Below are positions 1-11,529 of a stretch of DNA of 64,000 nt, one piece after another (within the stretch, counting starts at the first letter, position 1; each line of letters begins with the position of its first letter). The DNA is from Parasitella parasitica NRRL 2501 (lineage: Eukaryota; Fungi; Mucoromycota). Where the stretch lies: NCBI GenBank assembly GCA_025201805.1, contig MU619309.1, positions 62,001 through 126,000 of the forward strand, read 5' to 3'. The notes under the pieces are model-generated. The model was not told the origin of the DNA. It saw nothing but the letters and a program-made list of their open reading frames with translations, and made no database searches. The translations under genes and the position numbers were made by a program.

Positions 1-2
1 CT

Positions 3-467
3 AACCATGAAGATTACTCGATTCAACTCGAAAACTATGCCGATTTTCTACAAAAAATTGTAGGCACAGTTGTAATAGAATACGAGAGAAAGGCTTCAAT
101 TCGCTTGGAAATAACTGATAATTGGACATTGGAGGTAGAGCATAATGGTTCAAAGCTTCAGCTTGTCGGATTGGACTTTTTAGGATCCAGCATCTACGCA
201 GAAGACCTTGTTAAACAAATCTTTGAAAAGGTGTTGAAACCATTTAGTCCCAAGCGCCTCAATATAGTCTATGAAGAGAAGAAACGAGAGTACACGTTTT
301 TCGACAAGGTTAAAGAATTCTTCATGACAAGAAAAGAGCCACCCATCCTTGCTACAATGAACGACCATATTAGATTTTTTCGCAGGGATTGTTATTTTTC
401 GAGTGTATCTTCTGAACAAAGTTATAGCAGCACAGATGGCTTTTATAGCCACTGGTCATTTGAATAA
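3..467 (+). CDS. 3' end of hypothetical protein (5' partial)
   Basis: Frame open from position 3 to TAA at 467 (NHEDYSIQLENY...HWSFE); AATAAA at 584; no family recognised. Confidence 0.5.
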   Translation, partial: NHEDYSIQLENYADFLQKIVGTVVIEYERKASIRLEITDNWTLEVEHNGSKLQLVGLDFLGSSIYAEDLVKQIFEKVLKPFSPKRLNIVYEEKKREYTFFDKVKEFFMTRKEPPILATMNDHIRFFRRDCYFSSVSSEQSYSSTDGFYSHWSFE

Positions 468-1154
468 CCCACTGTTACAATTAGCTCAAGAAAATTGCTA
501 TGAAGACCCCCTCACAATCCTTTGTATATGTTCTTGTTCAAATTTATAGAGATCTTATAAATATGCCCTAGAAAATAACTATGAATAAACAGCTTTAACT
601 TTCTTTTTCCCAAACTCAAAATTCTTATCTAAGCTTTGGCTTCGATTTTATCTTTCAAGTTGTTGATACTTTACTTTTAGCTCTATGTCTGCCTTCTTTT
701 TTTACTCTTATTTTACAAGTTAAAATCTTTTAAAGGGTACTTCTTGCTAGTGTTTATCACTACAAAGAAAACCACCGTATAAGCGATAATAACAGAATTA
801 ATCTCTTTTATTGAAGAAAGATTCTTCTCTGAGAGTTCTCGAAAGGAACCACTAATGCTCGCGGAATTTTTGAGCGACTAGCGGAAATGAGACAGCATAT
901 TGCGGAAGTTCATGGTACAAGCCGGATCATTTCAACAATTGATGTTTACTGTTATGCTTGGAACCAGAAGGGGTTTTTTTACTCCAATTGCGGCATTGCC
1001 GAATATCGTAAAGAAGGTAATGTACTACAATCTCTACTACGCCACGAAATGTAGTTTGCTTATGTAACAATTATTTTTGACTCATAGAAAACATTAGCCC
1101 GAATGCAGCAATATAAATAAATAAACGCATCTCTCTTTTTTTCTGTTTTTAACA

Positions 1155-1964
1155 ATGAAAACTGACAATAATAGCAGTAATAGTAAGCAAATTGCCGATC
1201 AAAGCTACGGCATCCTTTCGTTGAGAGATGGAGTGTTCCTGAATGCATTTGGTTCTATGGTATGTTGGCTATATATATTCTACTGTACAATTTTCGCATC
1301 AGTATTAATTGATTGTTCAAGGTTCTTACTCCTCTCATTCCTACTTGTAAGCCAACTCGCCATTTATCGATCCATTAAAAAAAAAAGTATATACTAATAC
1401 AGTATTCGCAGCTACTTCATCAAATGATTACGTATCAAAGTATTTCCACTTTCGTGTTCCCGGTGTGCAATTCCCTGTCGATAGTCTGCTCGTAGTGTCA
1501 CTTGCAATGAACGCCGTTGGGATGTGGGGATGCTACAAGGTAATAGTCATATTGCAGGATCACTGAGCACCTTACTAAAATTTCAGCTCTGATAGAAATC
1601 AAAGAAGCTTATTCGTTACCACAAGTACTACTGTTATTATGAATCAGTATGCACGCCTCTAGTGGTTATACAGTCTTTGTGGTGTTCTTATCGGAATATA
1701 GGTGCCGTTCTTGCAGAGAGCAACACAAGTTGGGAGTCGTTCAGAAAAAGCATGAAAGAAGAGTATGGTAGATATGTCTTTGTCGCATTTGGAGCATTCA
1801 TGGGCACTTGTTTCGCTCAGATGGTAATATAATTCAAATACAAGGGTGATTTGGTTTAATAGAGATCTAAATATCTTTGAATGTGATAGCTATACGCTGC
1901 TTACTTGGCTCGTCAATATGAGAAACATTTGCAGGTAGAAGCACCTGAGGAAGATGAACTTTAA
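1155..1964 (+). CDS. small multi-exon hydrophobic hypothetical membrane protein
   Basis: ATG 1155; several GT..AG introns (e.g. GTATGT 1260, GTAAGC 1347, GTAATA 1540 and 1823); hydrophobic exons; ends EEDEL-TAA at 1964; exon structure not fully resolved. Confidence 0.45.
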
Positions 1965-3769
1965 ACCTCGTCTATCAATTAGAATTCACTCATTGATGCA
2001 ACAAATGCTATTGTAACAAATTAAGATATAACGTGCGCATATTTAGTCGAATGTCTTACAATTAAATTAGTTTGGCCAAGCATAACCGGGTTATATACTC
2101 GTATAATAAAAATCTGTCATAGTAGATGCAAATGTCTCCAAATTTCTTTCATGGATACTGCGTATGATGAATTGCCCTGAACAATCATTTGAAGACACAA
2201 AATAAGTAAAATTGCTACAAGTATCGGGCATTGAGAAGAAGTAATTCAAAAATTCTTAGACTTCATCAGATAATCTCTCTTGTCACCTAATAAAGCACAA
2301 ATACAAGCCCATCCATATTGTTTATAGAAAAATTTCAAAAAAATATTAGGGAACTTGCACATCTAGTAGAGAATTATACCAGAAATGTATTGTAATATTT
2401 ACTCAAGTCATAGTGTCTTGATGATTTGTTGAGAAATTGTCCACCAAAAGTTTGCGCAAAAAGACAAAATTGGCTCTAGCTTCTTGAATTCGAGCGTCAT
2501 CAAGATATGTTTGGTACCAAAACGTGCTCTACTACTTTACTTGAGAATTTGGACATAATTCATTTGCAAAATTTAGTACTTGCTATAGAGCCATACACTA
2601 TAAAATCAGCAAAATCTTGTTATGGCAGTATCTCGACAACAAAAAAGATAATGAAATTCGAAGAAGGTGATGAGGTACAGTTATTGCACTAGTAATAGGA
2701 TGTATACCTGGCTTAGACCGAAAATCCATACCTAAAAATGACCCTGAAGGTTGCCCTTAAGTTGAAAACTGAAAATTGAATATGGGTTCGGTGGAAGGGG
2801 GGGGGGGGTCCAAACATAAAAATATTCAGAGGTGAGTGAGACTCAAATATGTTGTAGAATGATGCAAAGAAAGAAGATTTTGGCTGAAGGTTGTGTCTTT
2901 ATAGCCTATTGGTTTGCAAATATATTAGACATTTTAAATTATGCCTTTAAGCGGGGGAAAAAGATAAAACTTTAGATTGTGTGCGAGTTATTTGATTCAA
3001 ACATAATGCTTACATAGAAATGGGTTTTAAGATCACATTCTATGACATCTCAGCTATTGATTTATATCAAGATATTTCCAAGTTGCCTATTGCGATCATA
3101 CTTTGATCCCCAATTGAAAATCGATGGTGCACCCTATAGCGGTGATGATATAGTAGACTTAAATAAAACACCGCTGTAATGAAAGACTACCGACCTTGGA
3201 GCCATCACCCAAAAACAAAGGTATTCAAGTCAAAAGGATCAAACTTCAAGTTGTGCTCTCAGGTACCGTGTATTTTAAGAAGATTTTATACCTGAAGATA
3301 GTGTTGATACGAGCGCAGGTTAATTTTCAGCATTTGAGTTTCTATGCAGTCATCGTAGCTGTTAGTTTTAAAATGCAATTAGGCTTCAATTTGCGAGCAC
3401 AATCTTAGACTCAAAATAGATACCACTATATTGATATCTTCTCTCGGTTATTTGGCTTGGGACAAGCTAAATTTTAGCGTACATGGGCATTTGCGTCTCT
3501 CCTTTTTGATATTCTGCGAGCCTTTGCCTGTCAAACCGATGCTCCCGTCAATTCAACATTGACATCTTCGTCTAAACCAAAAACCCTCTGTATAGATAAC
3601 GAAAAAAGAGCGACCTTCAATTTAAGTAATAGGAAGGTTTTAAAATGAATGATCTACTACGTTTATAGTAATTTTGGACATTACAAATGTCATGTTCGCT
3701 CATCGCAAAGCGAGTGGCAGCCGATGATAGAAAGCGTTTCAACACAGAAAGAGAAGTAGGTTTATAAAT

Positions 3770-4170
3770 GGGTATTTTATTATAAAAATAAAAACAAAAA
3801 AACCATAAGGATAAGGAGACGTAAAAGGATGCATGTGTCAACTAAAATTGACGGAATATTAGTAACTAATATTAATTATATAGGTTGGATATTCGATTAT
3901 TAGATGCATCATCAAGATCAGTTAACAAATTTTTACATCAAGCATTCAGGCAATGTAGGTAAGAAATATTGTATTCATCACTTTGGTTTGGTGACACATC
4001 TGATAACCTTCAGCTTTTGGTACATAATACTTACATTAGACACCATTGGATCCTTCATCCATCGGTATATCATATCCATCCATATCGCATGTAGCTCAGA
4101 TACAGCCATACTTACCAAAATACAATCGAAATGAGATATGAAAAAGTTAAAGGATGTAAGTAGATGCCCT
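3770..4170 (-). ncRNA. putative spliced non-coding snoRNA host transcript, divergent from RPL3
   Basis: GTAAGT donors at 4115 and 4034, TACTAAT branch about 3860, TTTAG acceptor 3842, AATAAA about 3776-3781; no credible ORF; ends approximate. Confidence 0.55.
3914..3985 (-). ncRNA. box C/D snoRNA, snR62/U34-like (LSU rRNA Um guide)
   Basis: Minus strand: box C GTGATGA (3981-3975), guide CTTACCTACATTG (3963-3951), D' CTGA (3949-3946), C' TGATGT (3940-3935), D CTGA (3921-3918). The guide is complementary to the conserved LSU motif CAAUGUAGGUAAG. Confidence 0.8.
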
Positions 4171-4398
4171 TGTAAGTTAGTTGGGCTTTTTATACTCGTT
4201 TAGTGTGCGGGCATTTAGCTGAACAAAGCAACGCAAAAATTTATCTCGGATAGACCAATATTCCGGCATGGCTGGCCCGGACGGTGGTGGGAAATAGACG
4301 TCTCTTCTGGTAAACTCTTCCATAATGTTGGATAATACGCTGGCCTGATTAAGAATCCTTCTCTTCCTCATCGTCTTTTTGTACTAGGTGTATCAAAC

Positions 4399-5800
4399 AT
4401 GGTAAGCTGAATGCATCAATCCATCCATAATCGAAGCTAACTATACATCGAATCATAGTCTCACAGGTTAGTCTTCGTCATCCTTTGAATTATCGATGCC
4501 TTCTAGGGCTCAAATGCGATAGCCTACCATGGAAGAAATTTACGTCAAACTGACAACTTACACTTTACTCAATTATACAGAAAATTCGAGGCTCCCCGTC
4601 ATGGTCATTTGGGTTTCGGCCCCCGTAAGAGAACTAGATCTCACCGTGGTCGTGTCAAGGCTTATCCTAAGGATGATGCCAAGAAGCCCGTCCATATGAC
4701 CGCTTTCATGGGTTACAAGGCTGGTATGACCCACATTGTCCGTGATCTTGAACGTCCTGGCTCCAGTAAGTCTAATTTTATAGCATGTCTGTAAAGCTCC
4801 ACCAATCTGACATGTCAAACCCAACTTTACAGAGATGCACAAGAAGGAAATTGTCGAGGCCGTTACTGTCATCGAAGCTCCCGCTATGGTTGTTGTTGGT
4901 GTCGTTGGTTACATCGAGACTCCCCGTGGTCTTCGTTCTTTGACCACCGTCTGGGCCGAGCATCTTTCCGAAGAAGCCAAGCGCCGCTTCTACAAGAACT
5001 GGTACCGTTCCAAGAAGAAGGCCTTCACTAAGTATGCTCAAAAGTATGCTGAAGGTGCCAAGGATGTTACTCGTGAACTTGAGCGTATCAAAAAATACTG
5101 TTCCGTAGTCCGTGTCATTGCTCACACCCAAATCTCCAAGGCCAAGCTCCACCAACGTAAGGCTCACCTTATGGAAGTCCAATTGAACGGTGGTTCCATC
5201 GCTGATAAGGTTGAATGGGCCCGTGAACATTTCGAGAAGGAAGTTACCGTTGGCTCCATCTTTGAACAAGATGAGATGATCGATATCATTGCCACCACCA
5301 AGGGTCATGGTTTCGAGGGTGTTACCGCTCGTTGGGGTACCAAAAAGTTGCCTCGTAAGACTCATCGTGGTCTCCGTAAGGTTGCTTGTATCGGTGCCTG
5401 GCATCCTAGCAGAGTCATGTACTCTGTTGCTCGTGCTGGTCAACGCGGTTACCACCGTCGTACTGAGATCAACAAGAAAGTCTACCGTATTGCCACTGGC
5501 TCTGATGCCAAGTCTGGTACCACTGAATACGATCTTACTGAGAAGCCCATTACCCCCATGGGTGGTTTCCCTCACTACGGTGTTGTCAATGACGACTTTG
5601 TCATGATCAAGGGCTGTTGTGCTGGTTCCAAGAAGCGTGTCATCACTCTCCGCAAGTCTCTCACTGTACACACCAAGCGCTCCGCTTTGGAAAATGTCTC
5701 TATCAAGTTCATCGATACTTCCTCCAAGTTCGGTCACGGTCGTTTCCAAACTGCTGCCGAAAAGCACCAATTCATGGGCGCACTCAAGAAGGATATTTAA
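4399..5800 (+). CDS. RPL3: 60S ribosomal protein L3 (uL3)
   Basis: Exons 4399-4401, 4459-4466, 4581-4765, 4833-5800 give 387 aa [12 protein letters not shown]...[10 protein letters not shown]...[15 protein letters not shown]. Confidence 0.99.
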
Positions 5801-5884
5801 GATGGTTTCTAATTTTTATCTTTTACAGATCAAAAATAATCGCATTGTTATTTTTGGTTTAAAAAAAAGGCAATAAAACTTTAT

Positions 5885-6836
5885 TCATACAAAAGAGACA
5901 TCGGGTTTCTCGAATTTCACAATGCCTGCATTGAGGTTTTCGCCGCCATATTTTTCCAATGCTTGCAGTTCACGTCTAATATACTGTACGACCAGTGCCA
6001 GATCCGTAGCGTTGTTTGACGATATAGCAAATAAATTTCTCCATAATGCAGCAGCCAGGACAGGATCATCCTTGCACATGCCCTCATCGTAGGCAACGAC
6101 ACCTCCATGGAATTGTGCTAATAGATCCTTGATGTAGCTGTTGATCACCTTTTGTTGCGAAATGCCATGTTCTCTGATTCTGACTTCAGCATCCTCAAAG
6201 AAACGGTTGACTAATTCTTGGATATATAGTTTGCCCTGCCCCTCAGCTCGAAGATGGACCATCAGCATCCATACATGCAGCTGAGTCACTGAGAACCATG
6301 ACTGAAAGTTATCAGGCAGATTACACTCTATGGAAACCGACTGGGTTAGACTATGCAGCCCCCCTGTCAAACTCGTTTTCGCCTACCTTTGATGTAAAAA
6401 TCCTTGTTCAGCTCCATTTGCTGAGCACAGGTGCCGTACAGACTATGGCTAGCCTTGATAGCGGTTGACCCTGTCGAATAATAACCCATTGCCTTTGCTA
6501 AGCCCAACACGATCTTCTTTGTGGTTGCCGAGTATTTGGGCGTCTGCTCTTTGGATTCTGTGGTATTGATGGGTGATGCGGAGGAATTCCAGCGTGCGTA
6601 GATTAAGCTTGTAGATTTCTACGCAAACAATATCAGCCTCCAATGTCCAATACTCGGTGCGCCATGTACTTACCAAAGCAGCAGACTGTACGGGGTACTT
6701 GGACTGAGCTAATGAGGGTCGTTGAATTGCCCATGTCTGGATTTATAAAAATATTTAATACTTTCTAGAGGCTGTTTGCATGGTCATTTACATGTTTCGT
6801 AGCAGCGAAAATGGCTTTTCTGGAAATAACAGACAT
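5885..6836 (-). CDS. CBP3: ubiquinol-cytochrome c reductase assembly chaperone (Cbp3/UQCC1)
   Basis: Four exons; presequence-like N-terminus; LPDNFQSWF..TQLHVWML and AYDEG...DDPVLAAALWRN motifs. Confidence 0.92.
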
Positions 6837-7465
6837 TGCTTATTGCGTCGATAATTTATTACAAGTAANNNNNNNNNNNNNNNNNNNNNNNNNNNNNNNN
6901 NNNNNNNNNNNNNNNNNNNNNNNNNNNNNNNNNNNNNNNNNNNNNNNNNNNNNNNNNNNNNNNNNNNNNNNNNNNNNNNNNNNNNNNNNNNNNNNNNNNN
7001 NNNNNNNNNNNNNNNNNNNNNNNNNNNNNNNNNNNNNNNNNNNNNNNNNNNNNNNNNNNNNNNNNNNNNNNNNNNNNNNNNNNNNNNNNNNNNNNNNNNN
7101 NNNNNNNNNNNNNNNNNNNNNNNNNNNNNNNNNNNNNNNNNNNNNNNNNNNNNNNNNNNNNNNNNNNNNNNNNNNNNNNNNNNNNNNNNNNNNNNNNNNN
7201 NNNNNNNNNNNNNNNNNNNNNNNNNNNNNNNNNNNNNNNNNNNNNNNNNNNNNNNNNNNNNNNNNNNNNNNNNNNNNNNNNNNNNNNNNNNNNNNNNNNN
7301 NNNNNNNNNNNNNNNNNNNNNNNNNNNNNNNNNNNNNNNNNNNNNNNNNNNNNNNNNNNNNNNNNNNNNNNNNNNNNNNNNNNNNNNNAAAAAAAAAAAA
7401 AAAAAAAAAGGCCATGCCATGTTCAATATACGCACTCATTGGTTAAACACAACATTTGCCCTTAC

Positions 7466-8066
7466 TTGTCTAAAGAACCTCTGAGAAATCAGATTATCTT
7501 GGTCCAACCAATCTATCACGGGGTCAGCGTATTCTGCCATAGAAGCTGTGTAGATCACAACTTTATACCACTGACTAATCTATTTAATCTTGTTTAGTAC
7601 TGCTCCGTAATGACATCAATACCAGGAACCTTACTGTCTTTAAAAAAAAGTCCACATGTGGCCGCTTGTAGACTTGGTATATTAGGTTTTGTTTGTCGCA
7701 GTGAACCTCGATGTTTTTGCATATGACTGAGGCATTGACTTTTGTGTGAATAGAGGCATCAGAACCGAGACGTACCGAGTGAACTAGTGTTTCATCCAAA
7801 TCAAGTATCAAAGTCTTGTTTTTGTAGTATTGCGAGGCTGCTGTAGTGGGTATATTTTTGGCTGGTGACGCTGCATTAGTCTTTAGCACTTTGGTCGAGG
7901 GCTTCATTATTGAGTATATAAAACGAAATGTAACGGCAAGATAATGGTAGATGTGAGTGAAGAAGAGTTTGGTATTTCTTTTGCGTATTGAATTGTTTAC
8001 GTTTGCAGTTGCAGCTGCTGCATTTGTCGTCGGCGTAGACAATGCCGTTGTAAATGTAGTCGACAT
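7466..8066 (-). CDS. NEM1: Nem1/CTDNEP1 (Dullard)-like NIF phosphatase, 3' end lost in gap
   Basis: DLDETLVHS catalytic motif, KRPHVDFFL, ISQWYKVVIYTASMAEYADPVIDWLD; exons 8066-7635 and 7579-7466; the next intron runs into the N gap. Confidence 0.85.
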
Positions 8067-8253
8067 TGTTGTGTATAGGATAAAGAAAGAGAAGAAGAAG
8101 AAAGGGAGAATGCTGAAATATCGACTTTTAGGAACAACTAGTAACTCTATTGTAAAAGCGAGTCATCCTTTTTTTTTTGACTCTCTGTAGACATTTTGGT
8201 ATTTTGCCGCGCTCGTTTAGCATATAACCCCATCCTTTTTTCTTATCACCTCA

Positions 8254-9370
8254 ATGCTTTTTCCAAGTTTATTTATATCAAAAGACCGTAAAATAGACTT
8301 TGAATTAACGATTCTGATTCAAGATCTTACCAATGTACCTCTAGTCAGTGGGCTATACTATGTCAAATGGAAGCTAAAAAATGCTGCCCACACAAGCGGC
8401 TCAACAGCAAGGTATACATGTCTGAAATTGCCACTTTTTAGTGACTAAATTTCCCTCCAAGAGCTCCTATTAGAGACCATTGCATATTTTGGGGCCACCC
8501 TATAAGCACAATGGCACAGTTGATCGTATCAAAACAAAAGGTTCTAGGATCCTGTGAATTCCGCTTGGAAGTGTACCAAGAATTAGGTGGCAGCAGAGAC
8601 ACCATCCCAATTGGAAGCCTCACAATCAATTTATCCGAATACGCAAGTTCAGGACTGACAACAAGAAGATACCTACTGGATAAATGTAAATTCAACTCAA
8701 CGATCAAGGTAAAGAATCCAAAATGTGTCTTTTTAATGTTGTTGTCTGACATGAGCAATTTCTATACCGTAGCTATCAATAAAAGTAGACAAAAAATCGC
8801 ATTCCTCGACAGAATTCGAAATGTAAATGAGAAAACTTGTCAGTTGATTTATGCATATTAATATAATTGTCTAGCCCACCATTGAAAAAACAACAAATAT
8901 TTACAGATATACCGTCCATGATCACTGAAAGACAAGAAAGATCAGCTGTGTTTGATGAGCGATCACTTCGTAAGGAGTAAATCATTGCCATACGAACAAT
9001 TTTTTAAATGGCTTCATTATTAATTAGATTCGGCACATATGAGTGCTAGTAGCTACAACATTAGTGGGAGCAGTAATGGTAATACCAACAATAATGAAGC
9101 CGCTTTTCGCCCTCAAACACCTATTCTGAGGAAATCTCAGTCTGCTATATCTTTGGTATGTGTGAGCCCAAGAAACTTGGTTATGACTAACTCGTTTTTA
9201 TTCAGCCTCAATATTGCCGGCAAGTTACACCCTTCAGCAATACAGATGACCCCTCACCCACAGATTTAGTGGAGCAATTATTCAAACCAAAACCAGCTAC
9301 AAACTCAAAATTAGCTATTCAAGTAGGTAGTGGTAATGGCGGATCTAGTCCTAGTTCGTCTCCACGATAG
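8254..9370 (+). CDS. N-terminal C2 (NT-C2, EEIG1/EHBP1/FAM102-like) domain protein
   Basis: IQDLTNVPLVSG..YVKWKL, IGSLTINLSEYA, RRYLL..CKFNSTIK; multi-exon; stop at 9370. Confidence 0.85.
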
Positions 9371-10373
9371 TATATAGAATCGAACAACAATAAAGCATAA
9401 ATATATATAGCTCAACTGATCCCCACATCACATTAGTTTCTTTTTCCGTCAAATTCACTTTTCCACAATATGTATAACATCTGACAATTACCAAGCTAAT
9501 ACCTAATGGGGTTTTAAATCTTTAAATTTTGCATTTCAATATATAGTAGGCGACCAAAGAGAAATGTGTTGCTCTACTAAAAATCTAAAATTTGCACAAA
9601 TAATGCCCAAAATGGCAACTATACATCAATTTTGACCACCAAAAAGTGCATTCTTGGGCCAAGTTTGAGAAATTGTCCTTTGCATACTCTCACCCATTTT
9701 TATGGATGCTATCCACCAAGCAATTCTGAAAATAAAATCAACTGTACAGTTTTTTTTGTAATGCAAAGACTGATCCTTACCAAGCATAACTTGTTTGACA
9801 ATACCATACTCACATCTTCAACTGTCCACACTGTGCCCTATCTTCATTTGAAAAGTGCGGACACTTATTCGCAGCATCTAAGCACCTGCAAATATCTTCA
9901 GCAGGTGTGTTCGCAAACCTCGTAAAGCTCACTCAAAATTAAATAAACCTAATTGGTAATGCAGCTATAAAATCAGAGCCACACGAAATAAGTCTCTCTA
10001 AAAATTAGACTTTGTATACACTTATCTTACTATAGTAAGTTGCTTATTATTATGTTTGCTCATGCCTAGCGTTACAGTAAATATACTGTATCCGCATAAA
10101 GCATGGCCTAGCTCAATCGCAATCATCAAATGAAACTTATCTTGTGCGATTGACATCCATTATTTACTTTGAATAATACCACTCGTCTCACCAATATGTT
10201 CTAGTAAATAAAAGTATCTCCATTTCCTAACCCCCCCAAAACAAATCGACATATGCACACAAAGGCAACGATGCGATGAGAAAACGGCCCAAAGTTTATT
10301 TTCTTCCAACAGGAAAAAAAAACAATCGAAAAAATAGGACTGAATGACCAAATCTGATCTAGCAATATGGGAT

Positions 10374-11062
10374 TTAAGCAGAGGCAGCAACTTGCTTCTT
10401 GGCTTGAGAACCTGTAGATTTATAAATGTCAACATATATATATATATAATAACGTACTGCATAAAAAGACATACCCTCACGGAAACCGTTCTTGAAACGA
10501 CGTTGGACCTCCTTCAAGTGAGCCATGCGGCCTGTACCGGTGGTCTTTCTACGTTGACCCTTTTCGGACCAGTTGACTTTATGATTGAATTTATAAGTAA
10601 ACAAAATTCTAAATTGACTATAAAGACAACTTACAGGATCTGATCTTAGCGGCGGGGTAGCCACATTGAGCACAGGTGTGCTTTTGTTTGTGGAAAGAAC
10701 GGTTACCGCAACGTCTGCAGAGAGTGTGGGTCTTGGTATGACGCTTACCGAAGGAACTGGTACCCTTGGACTATTTCACAGCGAAGGTTAATTTATGCTA
10801 AACATTGGTATGCTCAATCTAAATCTAATCCATTACGATAAGCTGTCAAATCCATCATACATTATACGAATATGTATTGAATGGGCCCACACACAATGAA
10901 AAGAAAAAAAAAATCGCATCTTCAATCGTTTCGGATGTATGTGAATGCCGTATCCATCCATTCCATCTCAACTGACAGGTATTCGACTTTGATAATGTAT
11001 GATGGATGTATTTGATTGCTGTATGGATTGATGAGATTGATGTTTTTTTTTTACGTTACCAT
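10374..11062 (-). CDS. RPL37: 60S ribosomal protein L37 (eL37)
   Basis: Exons 11062-11060, 10770-10635, 10576-10475, 10411-10374: [23 protein letters not shown]...CAQCGYPAA...TTGTGRM. Confidence 0.98.
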
Positions 11063-11365
11063 GGTGATTAATTAGACCGTGTTTAGAAGGAAGGTTTGAC
11101 TATAGGGTGGGCCAGCAACTCCAGTTGAACCCCTTCCTCGAGAAATCCCGAGTACTTCCCCCAAGCCACCCTTTTTTTTTCTCCTATATGCCAATGCATA
11201 ATGAGTGCAAATGAGAGATCGCCATTGCGGTCTAGGAAAGCTCAACCATAGGCGACATGTATACCAAATGGCATGGAAATCACGAATATCTCGAGAAAAA
11301 GAGTGATTGCCCACCATGGTTTAGTGTATCTGCAATCAATACAATATTTTTATCAAAGTTCTGAT

Positions 11366-11402
11366 GTGTGTGTGTGTGTGCGTGTGCGTGTGTGTGTGTG
11401 TG
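11366..11402. repeat. (GT)n microsatellite
   Basis: GT dinucleotide run with two GC interruptions. Confidence 0.9.
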
Positions 11403-11529
11403 AGCAATAGATACCCAAAATTGGTTTTCGTGTATATGTTTGTACGCGATGTTTGAATATTTTCGTACTTTTTCGACTCTCGAGAATTAAAATCTTTTTC
11501 TTTCTTTAAAACAACCAAAAAATAAATAA

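Noticed and set aside
3135-3179. TATAGCGGTG/CACCGCTGTA hairpin containing GTGATGA
   Set aside because: No box D or guide; single short inverted repeat
4778-5770. 330-aa antisense ORF over RPL3 (likewise over HSP90, DBP10 and the nucleoporin)
   Set aside because: Expected shadow of strong codon bias or low complexity on the coding strand
6788-7446. Long ORFs of X residues
   Set aside because: Artefacts of a ~520-nt N gap flanked by a homopolymer
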